Part shown: positions 9,364-18,429 of the stretch, piece after piece | How positions within the stretch are numbered: position 1 is the first letter of the stretch | How the letters are laid out: the number at the start of each line of letters is the position of its first letter | Virus record (IMG/VR): IMGVR_UViG_3300045996_001085 | Location: 1 to 50,970 of that record | Strand: one strand, 5' to 3' | DNA: 50,970 nucleotides | DNA from: a virus | Lineage: Duplodnaviria; Caudoviricetes | Notes under the pieces: model-generated | The model's input: only the letters and a program-made list of their open reading frames with translations | Told to the model about the DNA's origin: nothing | The model's database searches: none | Position numbers and translations under genes: made by a program

Positions 9364-10988
9364 TCGATATTAAGAAGCTGATTGCGCTAGGCGATCAGCT
9401 TTTCGGCAGTCGCGGCACGTGGATCATGCTGCTCCAGGAGATCGCAGAGAACTTCTACTGTGAAAGGGCGGATTTCACTGTAAAGCGCGAACTTGGTGAC
9501 GACTACGCTGGCAACCTGACGACGAGCTATCCGCTGATGGTTCGTCGCGAACTGGGCGACTCGATCTCGTCAATGCTCCGTCCGCGTGGGCAGGAATGGT
9601 TTTCGATCTCGATCGATGATGAGACGGGCCTCGACAATTCCGGCCGGCAGTGGCTGGAGTGGGCGACTGGCGTACAGAAGCGCGCCATGTATGACCGCAT
9701 GTCGCAGTTCGTGCGTGCGACTAAGGAAGGCGACCACGATTTCGCCGCATTCGGACAATGCGTCGTTTCGGTCGAGATTGATTGGTCGACGACGACGTTG
9801 CTCTATCGAAATTGGCATCTGCGCGACGTTGCGTGGTGCGAGCGTTACAACGGGAGCATCGGTGACATTCATCGCAACTGGTGCCCGGATGTTCGCACGC
9901 TGATGACGATCTTCGGCAAGGACAAGCTGCATCAGAACGTAGTCAACCTGCTGGAGAAGGAACCGTATCGGAAGATCAGGTGCCGTCATGTCGTGATTCC
10001 GGCCGATCAGTACGATGGTGATCAGCGTTACCGCACGCCGTACGTCTCGATCTATATCGACATCGAGAACGGGCACCTCATCAGTGAGGTTGCGTCGTGG
10101 TCGCAGATCTACTGCATCCCGCGCTGGCAGACGGTCTCCGGTTCGCAGTATGCGTACTCGCCGGCCGCTGTCGCAGGATTGCCGGATGCTCGTCTATTGC
10201 AGGCGATGACGCTAACGCTTCTCGAGGCCGGTGAGCTGGCGGTGCGCCCGCCGATGATTGCTACCAAAGAAGCGATCCGCGGTGACGTTGCGCTGTACGC
10301 CGGGGGCATCACGTGGGCTGACGCGCAGTATGACGAGCGGCTCGGCGAGGTGCTGCGTCCGTTGACACAAGACAAGTCCGGCCTACCGTTTGGTCTCGAC
10401 GTGTCTGAGGAAAAGAAGCAAATGCTGGCGCAGGCGTTTTACCTCAATAAGCTGAGTCTGCCGCCGGCAGGCGAAGGCGAGATGACGGCGTACGAGACCA
10501 GCCAGCGAATTCAAGAGTACATTCGCAACGCGCTCCCGCTCTTTGAGCCGATGGAAGTTGAGTACAACGGCGCGCTATGCGAAATGACGTTCGACGCGCT
10601 GATGCGTGTCGGTGCGTTCGGTCCGGTAGACGATTTTCCGGAGTCGCTGCAAGGCGAAGATGTTCGCTTCAAGTTCGAATCGCCACTGCACCAGGCGATC
10701 GAGCGCCAGAAGGGCCAGAAGTTCCTTGAGGCGAAAGGCTTGTTGCGTGAGGCCGCTGAGCTGGATCCATCATCAAACGCTGTGGTCGACGCTCGGATTG
10801 CTCTACGCGAGGCACTGTCCGGTATCGGCGTGCCGGCGAAATGGATGCGTTCCGAAGCGGATGTCGAAGCGCACGCTCAGCAGCAAGCTCAGCAGCAGCA
10901 GGCCCAAGAAGCACTAGCGATCGCTCAGCAGGGCGCTGATGTGGCGAAGACTGCCGGCGAAGCTGCAGTAGTGGGTGAGGCAGCTTGA
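9360..10988 (+). CDS. Portal (head-to-tail connector, T7 gp8/Bbp21-like)
   Basis: 542 aa; PRWQTVSGSQYAYSP, MTAYE, FESPL motifs; Gln-rich tail. Confidence 0.9.
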   Translation: MIDIKKLIALGDQLFGSRGTWIMLLQEIAENFYCERADFTVKRELGDDYAGNLTTSYPLMVRRELGDSISSMLRPRGQEWFSISIDDETGLDNSGRQWLEWATGVQKRAMYDRMSQFVRATKEGDHDFAAFGQCVVSVEIDWSTTTLLYRNWHLRDVAWCERYNGSIGDIHRNWCPDVRTLMTIFGKDKLHQNVVNLLEKEPYRKIRCRHVVIPADQYDGDQRYRTPYVSIYIDIENGHLISEVASWSQIYCIPRWQTVSGSQYAYSPAAVAGLPDARLLQAMTLTLLEAGELAVRPPMIATKEAIRGDVALYAGGITWADAQYDERLGEVLRPLTQDKSGLPFGLDVSEEKKQMLAQAFYLNKLSLPPAGEGEMTAYETSQRIQEYIRNALPLFEPMEVEYNGALCEMTFDALMRVGAFGPVDDFPESLQGEDVRFKFESPLHQAIERQKGQKFLEAKGLLREAAELDPSSNAVVDARIALREALSGIGVPAKWMRSEADVEAHAQQQAQQQQAQEALAIAQQGADVAKTAGEAAVVGEAA

Positions 10989-11290
10989 ACAAGCCGAAGC
11001 TTCCGATCGCCGAGCCTTGGAAGCCAACCGATTGGGATCTGGCCGACGCTGCGGCGATCCAGGCGCTCGTCCGTGGTGACGCTTCTCACGAGCAGCAGCG
11101 GCGTGCAATCGACTTCATCATCAATGGCGTCGCGTGCACCTACGACCTTTCCTACCGCCCCGGCAGTGATCGCGACACTGCGTTCGCCGAGGGCAAACGT
11201 TTTGTCGGCCTTCAGCTCGTGAAGGCCATCAACCTCAACCTCGCCGCAATCCGGCAAGCAAAAGACAATACGCCACGAGAGCAGGCGTAA
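10985..11290 (+). CDS. Bbp19-like protein
   Basis: TAFAEGKRFVGLQL motif; directly follows portal. Confidence 0.7.
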   Translation: MNKPKLPIAEPWKPTDWDLADAAAIQALVRGDASHEQQRRAIDFIINGVACTYDLSYRPGSDRDTAFAEGKRFVGLQLVKAINLNLAAIRQAKDNTPREQA

Positions 11291-11314
11291 TCCCGTCAAC
11301 ACAGGAGACTGGCA

Positions 11315-12289
11315 GTGCCCGACCCGAATCAAAACTCTGGCGATCCGAACGCGAATCAAAACCCAAGCGGCGGCGACTGGCGCACGACATTTGGTGCCGA
11401 CGCCACGCAAGCCCTGTCCGGCTTCAAGGAGCCGGGCGACTTCTTCAAGCAATTCCAAACGGTGTCAACCGAGTTGGATGGACTGAAGAAGAGCCCGCCG
11501 ACGTTCGACTGGCGTAAGGAGATGGCGGGTGACGACGCCGACTTCGCCAAGCAGCTGGAACGCTTCTCGACTGGTAAGGACTTCAGCAAGGCATTCCGCG
11601 AGGCGCAGACAAAGATTCGTTCCGGCGAGCTCGGAAAACCATTACCGAAAGACGCGACCCCTGAGCAGATCGCCGAGTGGCGCGAAGGCAATGGCGTTCC
11701 TGAGAAGCCCGACGGCTACTTCTCGAGCATGCCGAATGGTCTGGTGATCGGCGCGGATGATAAGCCGATGTTCGACGCCGTCGCGGCTAAGTTCCATGAG
11801 CACAATGTGCGACCCGAGGTGATGCACGCCGTGGCGCAGTGGTACTACGGCATGCAGGATGAGCAGGTAGAGGCGCAAAAGGTCGCTGACGTCGAAGGTA
11901 AGAACAAGCTTGCCGGCGCGCTGCGGACCGCTTGGGGCAATGACTTCACTTCGAATAGTAACGTCTACGCGAGTTACATCGACTCAGCGCCGAAGGAAGT
12001 GAAGGAACTGCTGACGCAGGCTCGTGGACCGGATGGCAACTTCGTGTTGTACAACCCGGCCATCGTCTCGTGGCTCACGGCTCAGGCACGCGAGATCAAT
12101 CCGGCTGGTCATCTCGTGCCGAATACTGGCGCAGGTGACATGCAGTCGCTTCAAACTGAAATCGACAGTATCGAGAAGCTCATGCGTACCGATCGCCAGG
12201 CGTACAACAAGGACACGGCGAAGCAGGACCGCCTGCGTCAGCTGTACACCGCGCGCACCAAGCTGCAGGAGCGTGGCAGGGCCGCATGA
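11315..12289 (+). CDS. Capsid assembly scaffolding protein
   Basis: N-terminal Pro/Asn-rich segment, DWR, GVPEKPDGY, LRTAWGNDF; lies before capsid. Confidence 0.75.
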   Translation: MPDPNQNSGDPNANQNPSGGDWRTTFGADATQALSGFKEPGDFFKQFQTVSTELDGLKKSPPTFDWRKEMAGDDADFAKQLERFSTGKDFSKAFREAQTKIRSGELGKPLPKDATPEQIAEWREGNGVPEKPDGYFSSMPNGLVIGADDKPMFDAVAAKFHEHNVRPEVMHAVAQWYYGMQDEQVEAQKVADVEGKNKLAGALRTAWGNDFTSNSNVYASYIDSAPKEVKELLTQARGPDGNFVLYNPAIVSWLTAQAREINPAGHLVPNTGAGDMQSLQTEIDSIEKLMRTDRQAYNKDTAKQDRLRQLYTARTKLQERGRAA

Positions 12290-12492
12290 CGCGGATCAAG
12301 ATCAGGGCACTGCGAGCAGAGCTAGCAAACATCCTTGCGACTGTCCGCGATCGGCCGGTGACCATCACCAAACATGGCAACGACGTTGCGGTGATGGTCT
12401 CGCCTGAGGTCTATTCCGAGTACCTGCGGTTGCGAAGTGTGTACACAACCATACCGACGCGACGCCGACCTGAATTAGTTTCCTGCGTGTGA
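12286..12492 (+). CDS. Phd/YefM family antitoxin-like protein
   Basis: LRAELANILATVRDRPVTITKHGNDVAVMVSPEVY. Confidence 0.75.
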   Translation: MTRIKIRALRAELANILATVRDRPVTITKHGNDVAVMVSPEVYSEYLRLRSVYTTIPTRRRPELVSCV

Positions 12493-12612
12493 TCGGCTAA
12501 CCCGTAAGGCCCCGATCGAGAATGTTTCTTTTGCTGTAGCAAGGCCCCGCCTTGTCGAATGCAGGCCCGGCGCAACGCCGCTAACCCTGCGGAGACTGTC
12601 AGCGGCCAACCC
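12491..12612 (+). ncRNA. Putative structured 5' leader of the capsid gene
   Basis: Three helices each interrupted by a CC/CYAAC internal loop. Confidence 0.5.
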
Positions 12613-12652
12613 AAGCGAAGGCTTCACCCCCTTTTCTTTGGAGTTGGCAACC

Positions 12653-13507
12653 ATGGCTGAGACAGCCTTCCAGATTCAATACCGGCAGGAGTTCATTGCC
12701 GGTTTCGAGCAAACACAGTCGCTGCTTCGTGACGCGGTCACGACCGAGGCGGTCATCAAGGGCAATCAGGCGACGTTTCTAGTCGCTGATTCTGGCGATG
12801 CCGAAGCGAACACGCGCGGCGTCAATGGCTTGATCCCGGCGCGCGCAGACAACCTTGCTCAGAACACTGCGACGCTGGTCGAGTGGCATGACCTTGTGCG
12901 GAAGACGGACTTCAACGTTTTTGCCTCGCAGGGCAATCAGCGCGAGATCATGCAAAAGACCTCGATGGGGGTCATCAATCGCAAGGTCGACAGCGACATC
13001 ATCACCAAGCTCAACACCGGCACGGTGAACACCGGTGCTGCGGTAACCGCTTCGATCGCCGTTGTGACGAAGGCGCAGACAATCCTGCAAAACAACGATG
13101 TTCCTTGGGATTCGAACATCACTGCTCTCGTTACGCCGGCCTTTATGGGCTACATGCGCCAGACGAAGGAGTTCTCAAGCGCCGAGTATGTTGGCGGGAA
13201 GAAGCCGTGGGAAACGGGTGACCCGAACTGGCGCGACAAACCGATTGCCTACTTCTGGTTGGGCATGGTGTGGATTGTTCATCCGAACTTGCCGGGCAAG
13301 GCGACTTCGGCTGAGAAGTGCTTCGTTTTCCACAAGTCCGCGATCGGTCACGCGATCAACAAGGCCGGCATTCAGACGCCGGTCGGCTATAACGAAGAGC
13401 AGGCATATTCCTGGGCTCGCTGCTCGGCGGATATGGGCAGTGTCGTTCTTCAAAACGCGGGCATTGTCGTGGTGAATCATGACGGTTCCGCTCTGGTCGC
13501 GGCGTAG
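12653..13507 (+). CDS. Major capsid protein
   Basis: AFQIQYRQEFIAGFEQTQSLLR..; FHKSAIGHA; GGAG RBS; ATG at 12653. Confidence 0.88.
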   Translation: MAETAFQIQYRQEFIAGFEQTQSLLRDAVTTEAVIKGNQATFLVADSGDAEANTRGVNGLIPARADNLAQNTATLVEWHDLVRKTDFNVFASQGNQREIMQKTSMGVINRKVDSDIITKLNTGTVNTGAAVTASIAVVTKAQTILQNNDVPWDSNITALVTPAFMGYMRQTKEFSSAEYVGGKKPWETGDPNWRDKPIAYFWLGMVWIVHPNLPGKATSAEKCFVFHKSAIGHAINKAGIQTPVGYNEEQAYSWARCSADMGSVVLQNAGIVVVNHDGSALVAA

Positions 13508-13519
13508 GAGTAACTGAAC

Positions 13520-13789
13520 ATGTCGTATTCAACTTCTAGTCCTCCGTCTCTCGAAACCCAGGCAATCGCCGGGCCGAAGTCATTCATCTATCACTCGTCA
13601 GATGGCTCGACCTCGGTTTCTGCGTCCGGCTACATCAGCAACGGCCAGGATCTGGGCATGAAGCTCGGCGACCGTCTGACTCTGGTTGAGACCGATAACA
13701 GCTACGCGCGCTCCATCGGCGCGGTGACGGCTGTGTCGACCAGCGATGACTCGGTGACTGTTTCGTTCGGCTCGCTCACCTCGACCTGA
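13520..13789 (+). CDS. Ser/Thr-rich capsid decoration/cement protein
   Basis: Follows capsid; GYISNGQDLGMKLGD motif; about one third Ser+Thr. Confidence 0.6.
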   Translation: MSYSTSSPPSLETQAIAGPKSFIYHSSDGSTSVSASGYISNGQDLGMKLGDRLTLVETDNSYARSIGAVTAVSTSDDSVTVSFGSLTST

Positions 13790-13812
13790 CCGTCAAGGCA
13801 ATGGGCACTCAC

Positions 13813-13844
13813 GAAAGGCTCGCTTCGGCGGGCCTTTCTCTTTT
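13813..13844 (+). terminator. Rho-independent terminator
   Basis: GAAAGGCTCGC-TTCG-GCGGGCCTTTC followed by TCTTTT. Confidence 0.8.
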
Positions 13845-13866
13845 GTAACTCAGGAGACTGGCGATC

Positions 13867-14295
13867 ATGACTCAGCTTGCACCCAACGGTTTGAAGCCTT
13901 CGGAGAGCATTCGTAATCAATGGCATGCGGAACCCGAGCACGGGACGCCGCCTGAGGCGCTGCTGGATCCGGCGTACTGGGCGCATGTATCCGTGAAGAT
14001 GCGGCGTAAGGACATTGTCTGCGCGCTGGCGGTCGACAACAGCTACTTTTCAGAGCTGCTTGTGATCGATGTGGGCAAGAACTACGCGAAGGTTGTGCAG
14101 CTGAGATGCGTTCAGATCACACAGGCGCAGATTGTGAGGAACCCGATTCCCGATGGATTCGAGATCAAATTCCGCGGCAAGGAAACGAAGTGGTCTGTGC
14201 TTCGTGGCAAGGATGTTCTGAAGGACAAGCTGGAGACGCCTGACGCCGCGGAGCAATGGTTGGCGGATCATGTGAAGACGCTGAAGGCAGCCTAA
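13867..14295 (+). CDS. Hypothetical phage protein
   Basis: AGGAG RBS; LLDPAYWAHV motif. Confidence 0.6.
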   Translation: MTQLAPNGLKPSESIRNQWHAEPEHGTPPEALLDPAYWAHVSVKMRRKDIVCALAVDNSYFSELLVIDVGKNYAKVVQLRCVQITQAQIVRNPIPDGFEIKFRGKETKWSVLRGKDVLKDKLETPDAAEQWLADHVKTLKAA

Positions 14296-14296
14296 C

Positions 14297-14938
14297 GTGG
14301 CCAACAAGCTGAGCTTATACAACGGTGCGCTTCGAGAGGTTGGTGAGCGAAAGCTTGCGAGCCTCTCGGAGAATCGCGAGCCACGTAGGGTACTGGACTC
14401 CGCGTGGGATGCGGAAGCTGTCGCGACTTGCTTGGCGGCTGGACTTTGGAACTTCGCGACCAATTCGATTGAGCTGACGCATTCGCCTTCGGTCGATCCG
14501 GCGTTCGGCTACCAATACGCATTCGACAAGCCAGAGAACTGGGTACGCACGGTCGCTCTCTGCGAGGACGAGCGATTCAAGATGCCGCTCCTGCAATACC
14601 AAGACGAGGGGCGTTACTGGTATGCGGACGTGGAAACAATCTACGTGCGCTACATCGACATGGGCACGTCCTTCGGCCTCGACTACGGCAAGTGGCCGGT
14701 CAATTTCACACGCTACGCCGAGAGCTTTCTTGCGGCGCGCGTGTGCATGTCGCTCACGCAGAATCAGACGAAGCGTGACAACCTCGAGCGTGACGCTGAA
14801 GTGTGGCTAACCAAGGCGAAATCGACTGACGCCATGGACGAGCCAACGAAGTTTCCGCCGCCCGGCACGTGGTCGACAGCGCGTCATGGCCGAAGCGTGC
14901 GCCATGATCGCGGTAGCCGGAGTAGGTTGATCGGATAA
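14297..14938 (+). CDS. Tail tubular protein A (T7 gp11-like adaptor)
   Basis: LYNGALREVGE, WNFAT, FGYQYAFDKP. Confidence 0.8.
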   Translation: MANKLSLYNGALREVGERKLASLSENREPRRVLDSAWDAEAVATCLAAGLWNFATNSIELTHSPSVDPAFGYQYAFDKPENWVRTVALCEDERFKMPLLQYQDEGRYWYADVETIYVRYIDMGTSFGLDYGKWPVNFTRYAESFLAARVCMSLTQNQTKRDNLERDAEVWLTKAKSTDAMDEPTKFPPPGTWSTARHGRSVRHDRGSRSRLIG

Positions 14939-17628
14939 TGCCGAAGCAGAACGGCCAGTTGCTGGCCTTCAACCGAGGAATTCAGTCGCGTCTCGGCCTG
15001 GCCCGTATCGATTTGGAACGGACAGCGCTTGCCGCAGAGGTGCAAACGAACTGGATGCCGAGAACCCTCGGCTCCATGATGTTGAGACCTGGTTGGGAAT
15101 ATATCGATGGAACTCGCTCAGGCGCAGTGGCGAAGCTATTCCCGTTTGTGTTTGCGACGGATGACTTCGCACAGTTGGAAGTGACGTCCGGCACGCTGAG
15201 GGTGCGAGTCGATGACGAACTGATAAGTCGGCCAAGCGTAACGGCGGCCGTCACCAATGGAACGTTTACGTCCGATCTGACGGGTTGGACGGATAGCGAT
15301 GAGTCGGGCGGTGTGTCCCAGTGGCAAGTCGGTGGTTACATGGCGCTCATGGGAACGGGCACCAATGCCGCGATTCGAGACCAGCAAGTGACGGTGTCGG
15401 AGGCGGGCACAGAGCACGCGTTACGAATCATTGTTGCGCGCGGCCCGGTGATTTTGCGCGTCGGGTCTACGTCAGGCGGCGACGATCACATTACTGAGAC
15501 TACGCTGGGCACAGGAACGCACTCACTAGCGTTCACGCCAACTGGAAACTTCCACATTCGGTTGTTCAGCCGCCGAGCATTCACGTCGCTGGTCGATTCC
15601 GTTGCCGTGGAAGGCGCAGGAACCATGGAGCTAACCGTCCCGTGGCAGGAGGCCGACAGGCGCATCATCCGAATGACACAGTCTGGCGATGTGCTATTCG
15701 TTGCGTGCGATGGATACCAGCAACGCAAGATCGAGCGACGCGCAACACGATCATGGTCCGTTGTTCTCTACGAGTCAGAAACCGGACCTTTTCGAAACGT
15801 CAATACGACTCCCATCACGATTACCCCTAGCGGGCTGACTGGCGATATCACGCTCACCGCATCATCCGCGCTGTTTCGATCGGCGAATGTCGGATCTTTG
15901 TACCGGATTCAGTCCACCGGCCAAACGGTGACTGCATCGATCAACGCGCAGGATACGTTCACGAACCCGATTCGGGTCGCCGGCGTGGAGGGGCAGCGTT
16001 CATTCGGTATCAGCATCGCGGGCACGTTTACCGCTACGGTGACCCTGCAATACTCGGTCGGTGAACCAGGTAGCTGGGTCGATGTGCAGTCATACACAGC
16101 GGCAGAGTCAACGAGCTACAACGACGACCTTGACAACCAAATCATCTACTACCGCATCGGCGTGAAATCAGGCGATTTCTCGTCCGGCCCGGTGGCCGTG
16201 ACATTAAGTTACACCTCCGGCAGCATCACAGGAATCGCCAGAGTTACCGCATACTCAGGGCCGACGATTTTGAGCGCGATCGTGCTACAGGATTTTGGCG
16301 CTACGACTGCGAGTTCAGACTGGTGGGAGTCGATCTGGTCAGACCGACGCGGTTGGCCATCGGCCACGGCCCTGTACGAAGGGCGTCTGTGGTGGTTTGG
16401 TAAGGACAAGTCGATCGGATCCATTTCGGACGCGTTCGAGGATTTCGACGACAACTTCGAGGGCGACGCCGGCCCGATCAGTAGGAGCATTGGTGAAGGT
16501 CCAGTTGACGCGATTTGCTGGGCGCTTCCTATGCAACGCTTGCTTATTGGAACCGGTGGCGCTGAGTTCTCGGCGCGTTCAAGTTCGTTCGATGAGCCGT
16601 TGACGCCGAGCAATTTTAATATCAAGCCAGCGTCGACTCTCGGATCTGCATTAATCAATGCAGCTCGCATCGACTCCACCGGCGTGTTTGTGGACAAGTC
16701 GCTGCAGCGACTGTATCAGCTGAGCTACAACATAGACCAAAATGACTATCGTCCACAGGATCTGACATTGCTCGTGCCGGATCTGCATGAAGCCGGTATC
16801 GTCGACATCGCGATACAACGGCAACCTGACACACGCATTCACTGCCTTCGAGCCGATGGCACAGTTGGTGTGGTTGTTCGTGATTCCGCGGAAAACGTTA
16901 TTTGCTGGATTGAGCTTGAAACGGATGGCGAAGTCGAAGACGCATGCGTTCTTCCCGGCGCGAATGAGGATCGCGTCTATTACATCGTGAATCGCTCGAC
17001 TGGACGGTTCGTTGAGAAGTGGGCTCTTGAGTCGGAATGTCGAGGGCGACCGACTGGAAAGCTGGCCGATTCATTTGTCTACTACAGCGGCTCGGCTACC
17101 ACGGCTATCGGTGGGTTAGGGCATCTTGAAGGTCAAGAGGTCGTGTGCTGGGGGTGGAACACGGTCACACCGTTCACCGACGATGATGGCAATGCGGTTG
17201 GGAAGGACTTCGGCACGTTCACTGTCGTCGGCGCTCAAATCACCGGACTGAGCGACGCCGTCACTGATGCCTGCGTCGGACTTTCCTATGAGGCGCGCTT
17301 CAAGAGCGCCAAGCAAGCGTTCGGTGCTGCACTTGGCACGCCGCTGAACCAGCGCAAGCGCATCGACCACGTCGGAATGATACTGATGAACACCCACAAG
17401 GGCGGCGTTCAGTTCGGTCCGGACTTCGAGACAATGGATGACATGCCGGCCTATGAGAACGAACTCGAGGTCGGTGAGGATCATGTGTGGGAAGACTACG
17501 ACAAGGACATGATCAGCTTTCCAGGCGAATGGTCCACTGACAGCCGACTATGTCTGAAAGCAGCTGCACCGCGGCCTTGCACTGTGCTCGCAGTGACGAC
17601 GGCCATGGTCACACACGACAAGACCTGA
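14938..17628 (+). CDS. Tail tubular protein B (T7 gp12-like nozzle)
   Basis: 896 aa; AFNRG, LRPG, MTQSGDVLFV, GWPSATALYEGRLW, VGLSY motifs. Confidence 0.85.
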   Translation: MPKQNGQLLAFNRGIQSRLGLARIDLERTALAAEVQTNWMPRTLGSMMLRPGWEYIDGTRSGAVAKLFPFVFATDDFAQLEVTSGTLRVRVDDELISRPSVTAAVTNGTFTSDLTGWTDSDESGGVSQWQVGGYMALMGTGTNAAIRDQQVTVSEAGTEHALRIIVARGPVILRVGSTSGGDDHITETTLGTGTHSLAFTPTGNFHIRLFSRRAFTSLVDSVAVEGAGTMELTVPWQEADRRIIRMTQSGDVLFVACDGYQQRKIERRATRSWSVVLYESETGPFRNVNTTPITITPSGLTGDITLTASSALFRSANVGSLYRIQSTGQTVTASINAQDTFTNPIRVAGVEGQRSFGISIAGTFTATVTLQYSVGEPGSWVDVQSYTAAESTSYNDDLDNQIIYYRIGVKSGDFSSGPVAVTLSYTSGSITGIARVTAYSGPTILSAIVLQDFGATTASSDWWESIWSDRRGWPSATALYEGRLWWFGKDKSIGSISDAFEDFDDNFEGDAGPISRSIGEGPVDAICWALPMQRLLIGTGGAEFSARSSSFDEPLTPSNFNIKPASTLGSALINAARIDSTGVFVDKSLQRLYQLSYNIDQNDYRPQDLTLLVPDLHEAGIVDIAIQRQPDTRIHCLRADGTVGVVVRDSAENVICWIELETDGEVEDACVLPGANEDRVYYIVNRSTGRFVEKWALESECRGRPTGKLADSFVYYSGSATTAIGGLGHLEGQEVVCWGWNTVTPFTDDDGNAVGKDFGTFTVVGAQITGLSDAVTDACVGLSYEARFKSAKQAFGAALGTPLNQRKRIDHVGMILMNTHKGGVQFGPDFETMDDMPAYENELEVGEDHVWEDYDKDMISFPGEWSTDSRLCLKAAAPRPCTVLAVTTAMVTHDKT

Positions 17629-17978
17629 TCTATCGATTTGCGACCGCTGATGACCTACAGCGGTTCTATAGTGAGTTGCCACGGCAAACGATTCGCGCAG
17701 TAGTCATCCTGTTAGATGACGAGCCGATTGGAATCATCGGCATTGCCAGAGATTCTGGATGCTGGAAATTCTTCTCTGAATCAAAGCCGTCGCTAGATCT
17801 GCGCAGATTCCAGGTGTTGCGCGCGATCAGGTTAGCTATGTCTCTCGTTGAGTCATCAAGATGTGATGTATATGCGGTGCGAGAAGAGGGCACCGATGCA
17901 CTCGTAAGGCTTGGATTCGAACACGTGGAAGGCGATATCTACAAATGGCCGTACTCTCAGCAGCGCTACCGTACATAA
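17550..17978 (+). CDS. T7 gp13-like (GNAT-fold) protein; start uncertain, possibly CTG at 17625
   Basis: Position after tail tube B; PIGIIGI and LVRLGF motifs. Confidence 0.55.
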   Translation: MSESSCTAALHCARSDDGHGHTRQDLIYRFATADDLQRFYSELPRQTIRAVVILLDDEPIGIIGIARDSGCWKFFSESKPSLDLRRFQVLRAIRLAMSLVESSRCDVYAVREEGTDALVRLGFEHVEGDIYKWPYSQQRYRT

Positions 17979-18427
17979 CTGCGGCTTCGACGGTGCTGAC
18001 AACTGGCGCTGCAATTCAGCAGGCCAACGCTAGGAAGACATCGCTTGAAGCCGAAGCCCGTGCGCGCGAAGAAGATGCCAATGCCGAACAAGCCGAGTCT
18101 CAGCGCGCCTCTGTCATCGAACGCCGTAAAGCGCGCAATTTGATGTCGCGGGCGCGGGCAGTGGCCGCAGCTTCCGGCGGCGGCGCGAGTGATCCTACGG
18201 TCGTTAACCAGCTGACGAATATCGAAACACAGGGTGAGCTGAACGCGTTGAACACAATGTACTCCGGCAACACCGCAGCTCGTGGCTTTCGTCAAGGCGC
18301 TGCCATCGCCAGAAATGAGGCGACAGCCGAACAAACTTCCGGCTATCTGCGGGGAGCGTCGACTGCGCTGGGTGGCGCGAGTAGCTGGTATGACAAGTAT
18401 GGCGGCAAGAAGAAGTACGGCTCCTAA
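17945..18427 (+). CDS. Internal virion (ejection) protein, gp14-like
   Basis: Ala-rich, RAVAAASGG motif, position. Confidence 0.7.
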   Translation: MAVLSAALPYITAASTVLTTGAAIQQANARKTSLEAEARAREEDANAEQAESQRASVIERRKARNLMSRARAVAAASGGGASDPTVVNQLTNIETQGELNALNTMYSGNTAARGFRQGAAIARNEATAEQTSGYLRGASTALGGASSWYDKYGGKKKYGS

Positions 18428-18429
18428 CC

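Noticed and set aside
12286-12650. Complete toxin-antitoxin operon
   Set aside because: No toxin ORF adjacent to the Phd-like gene
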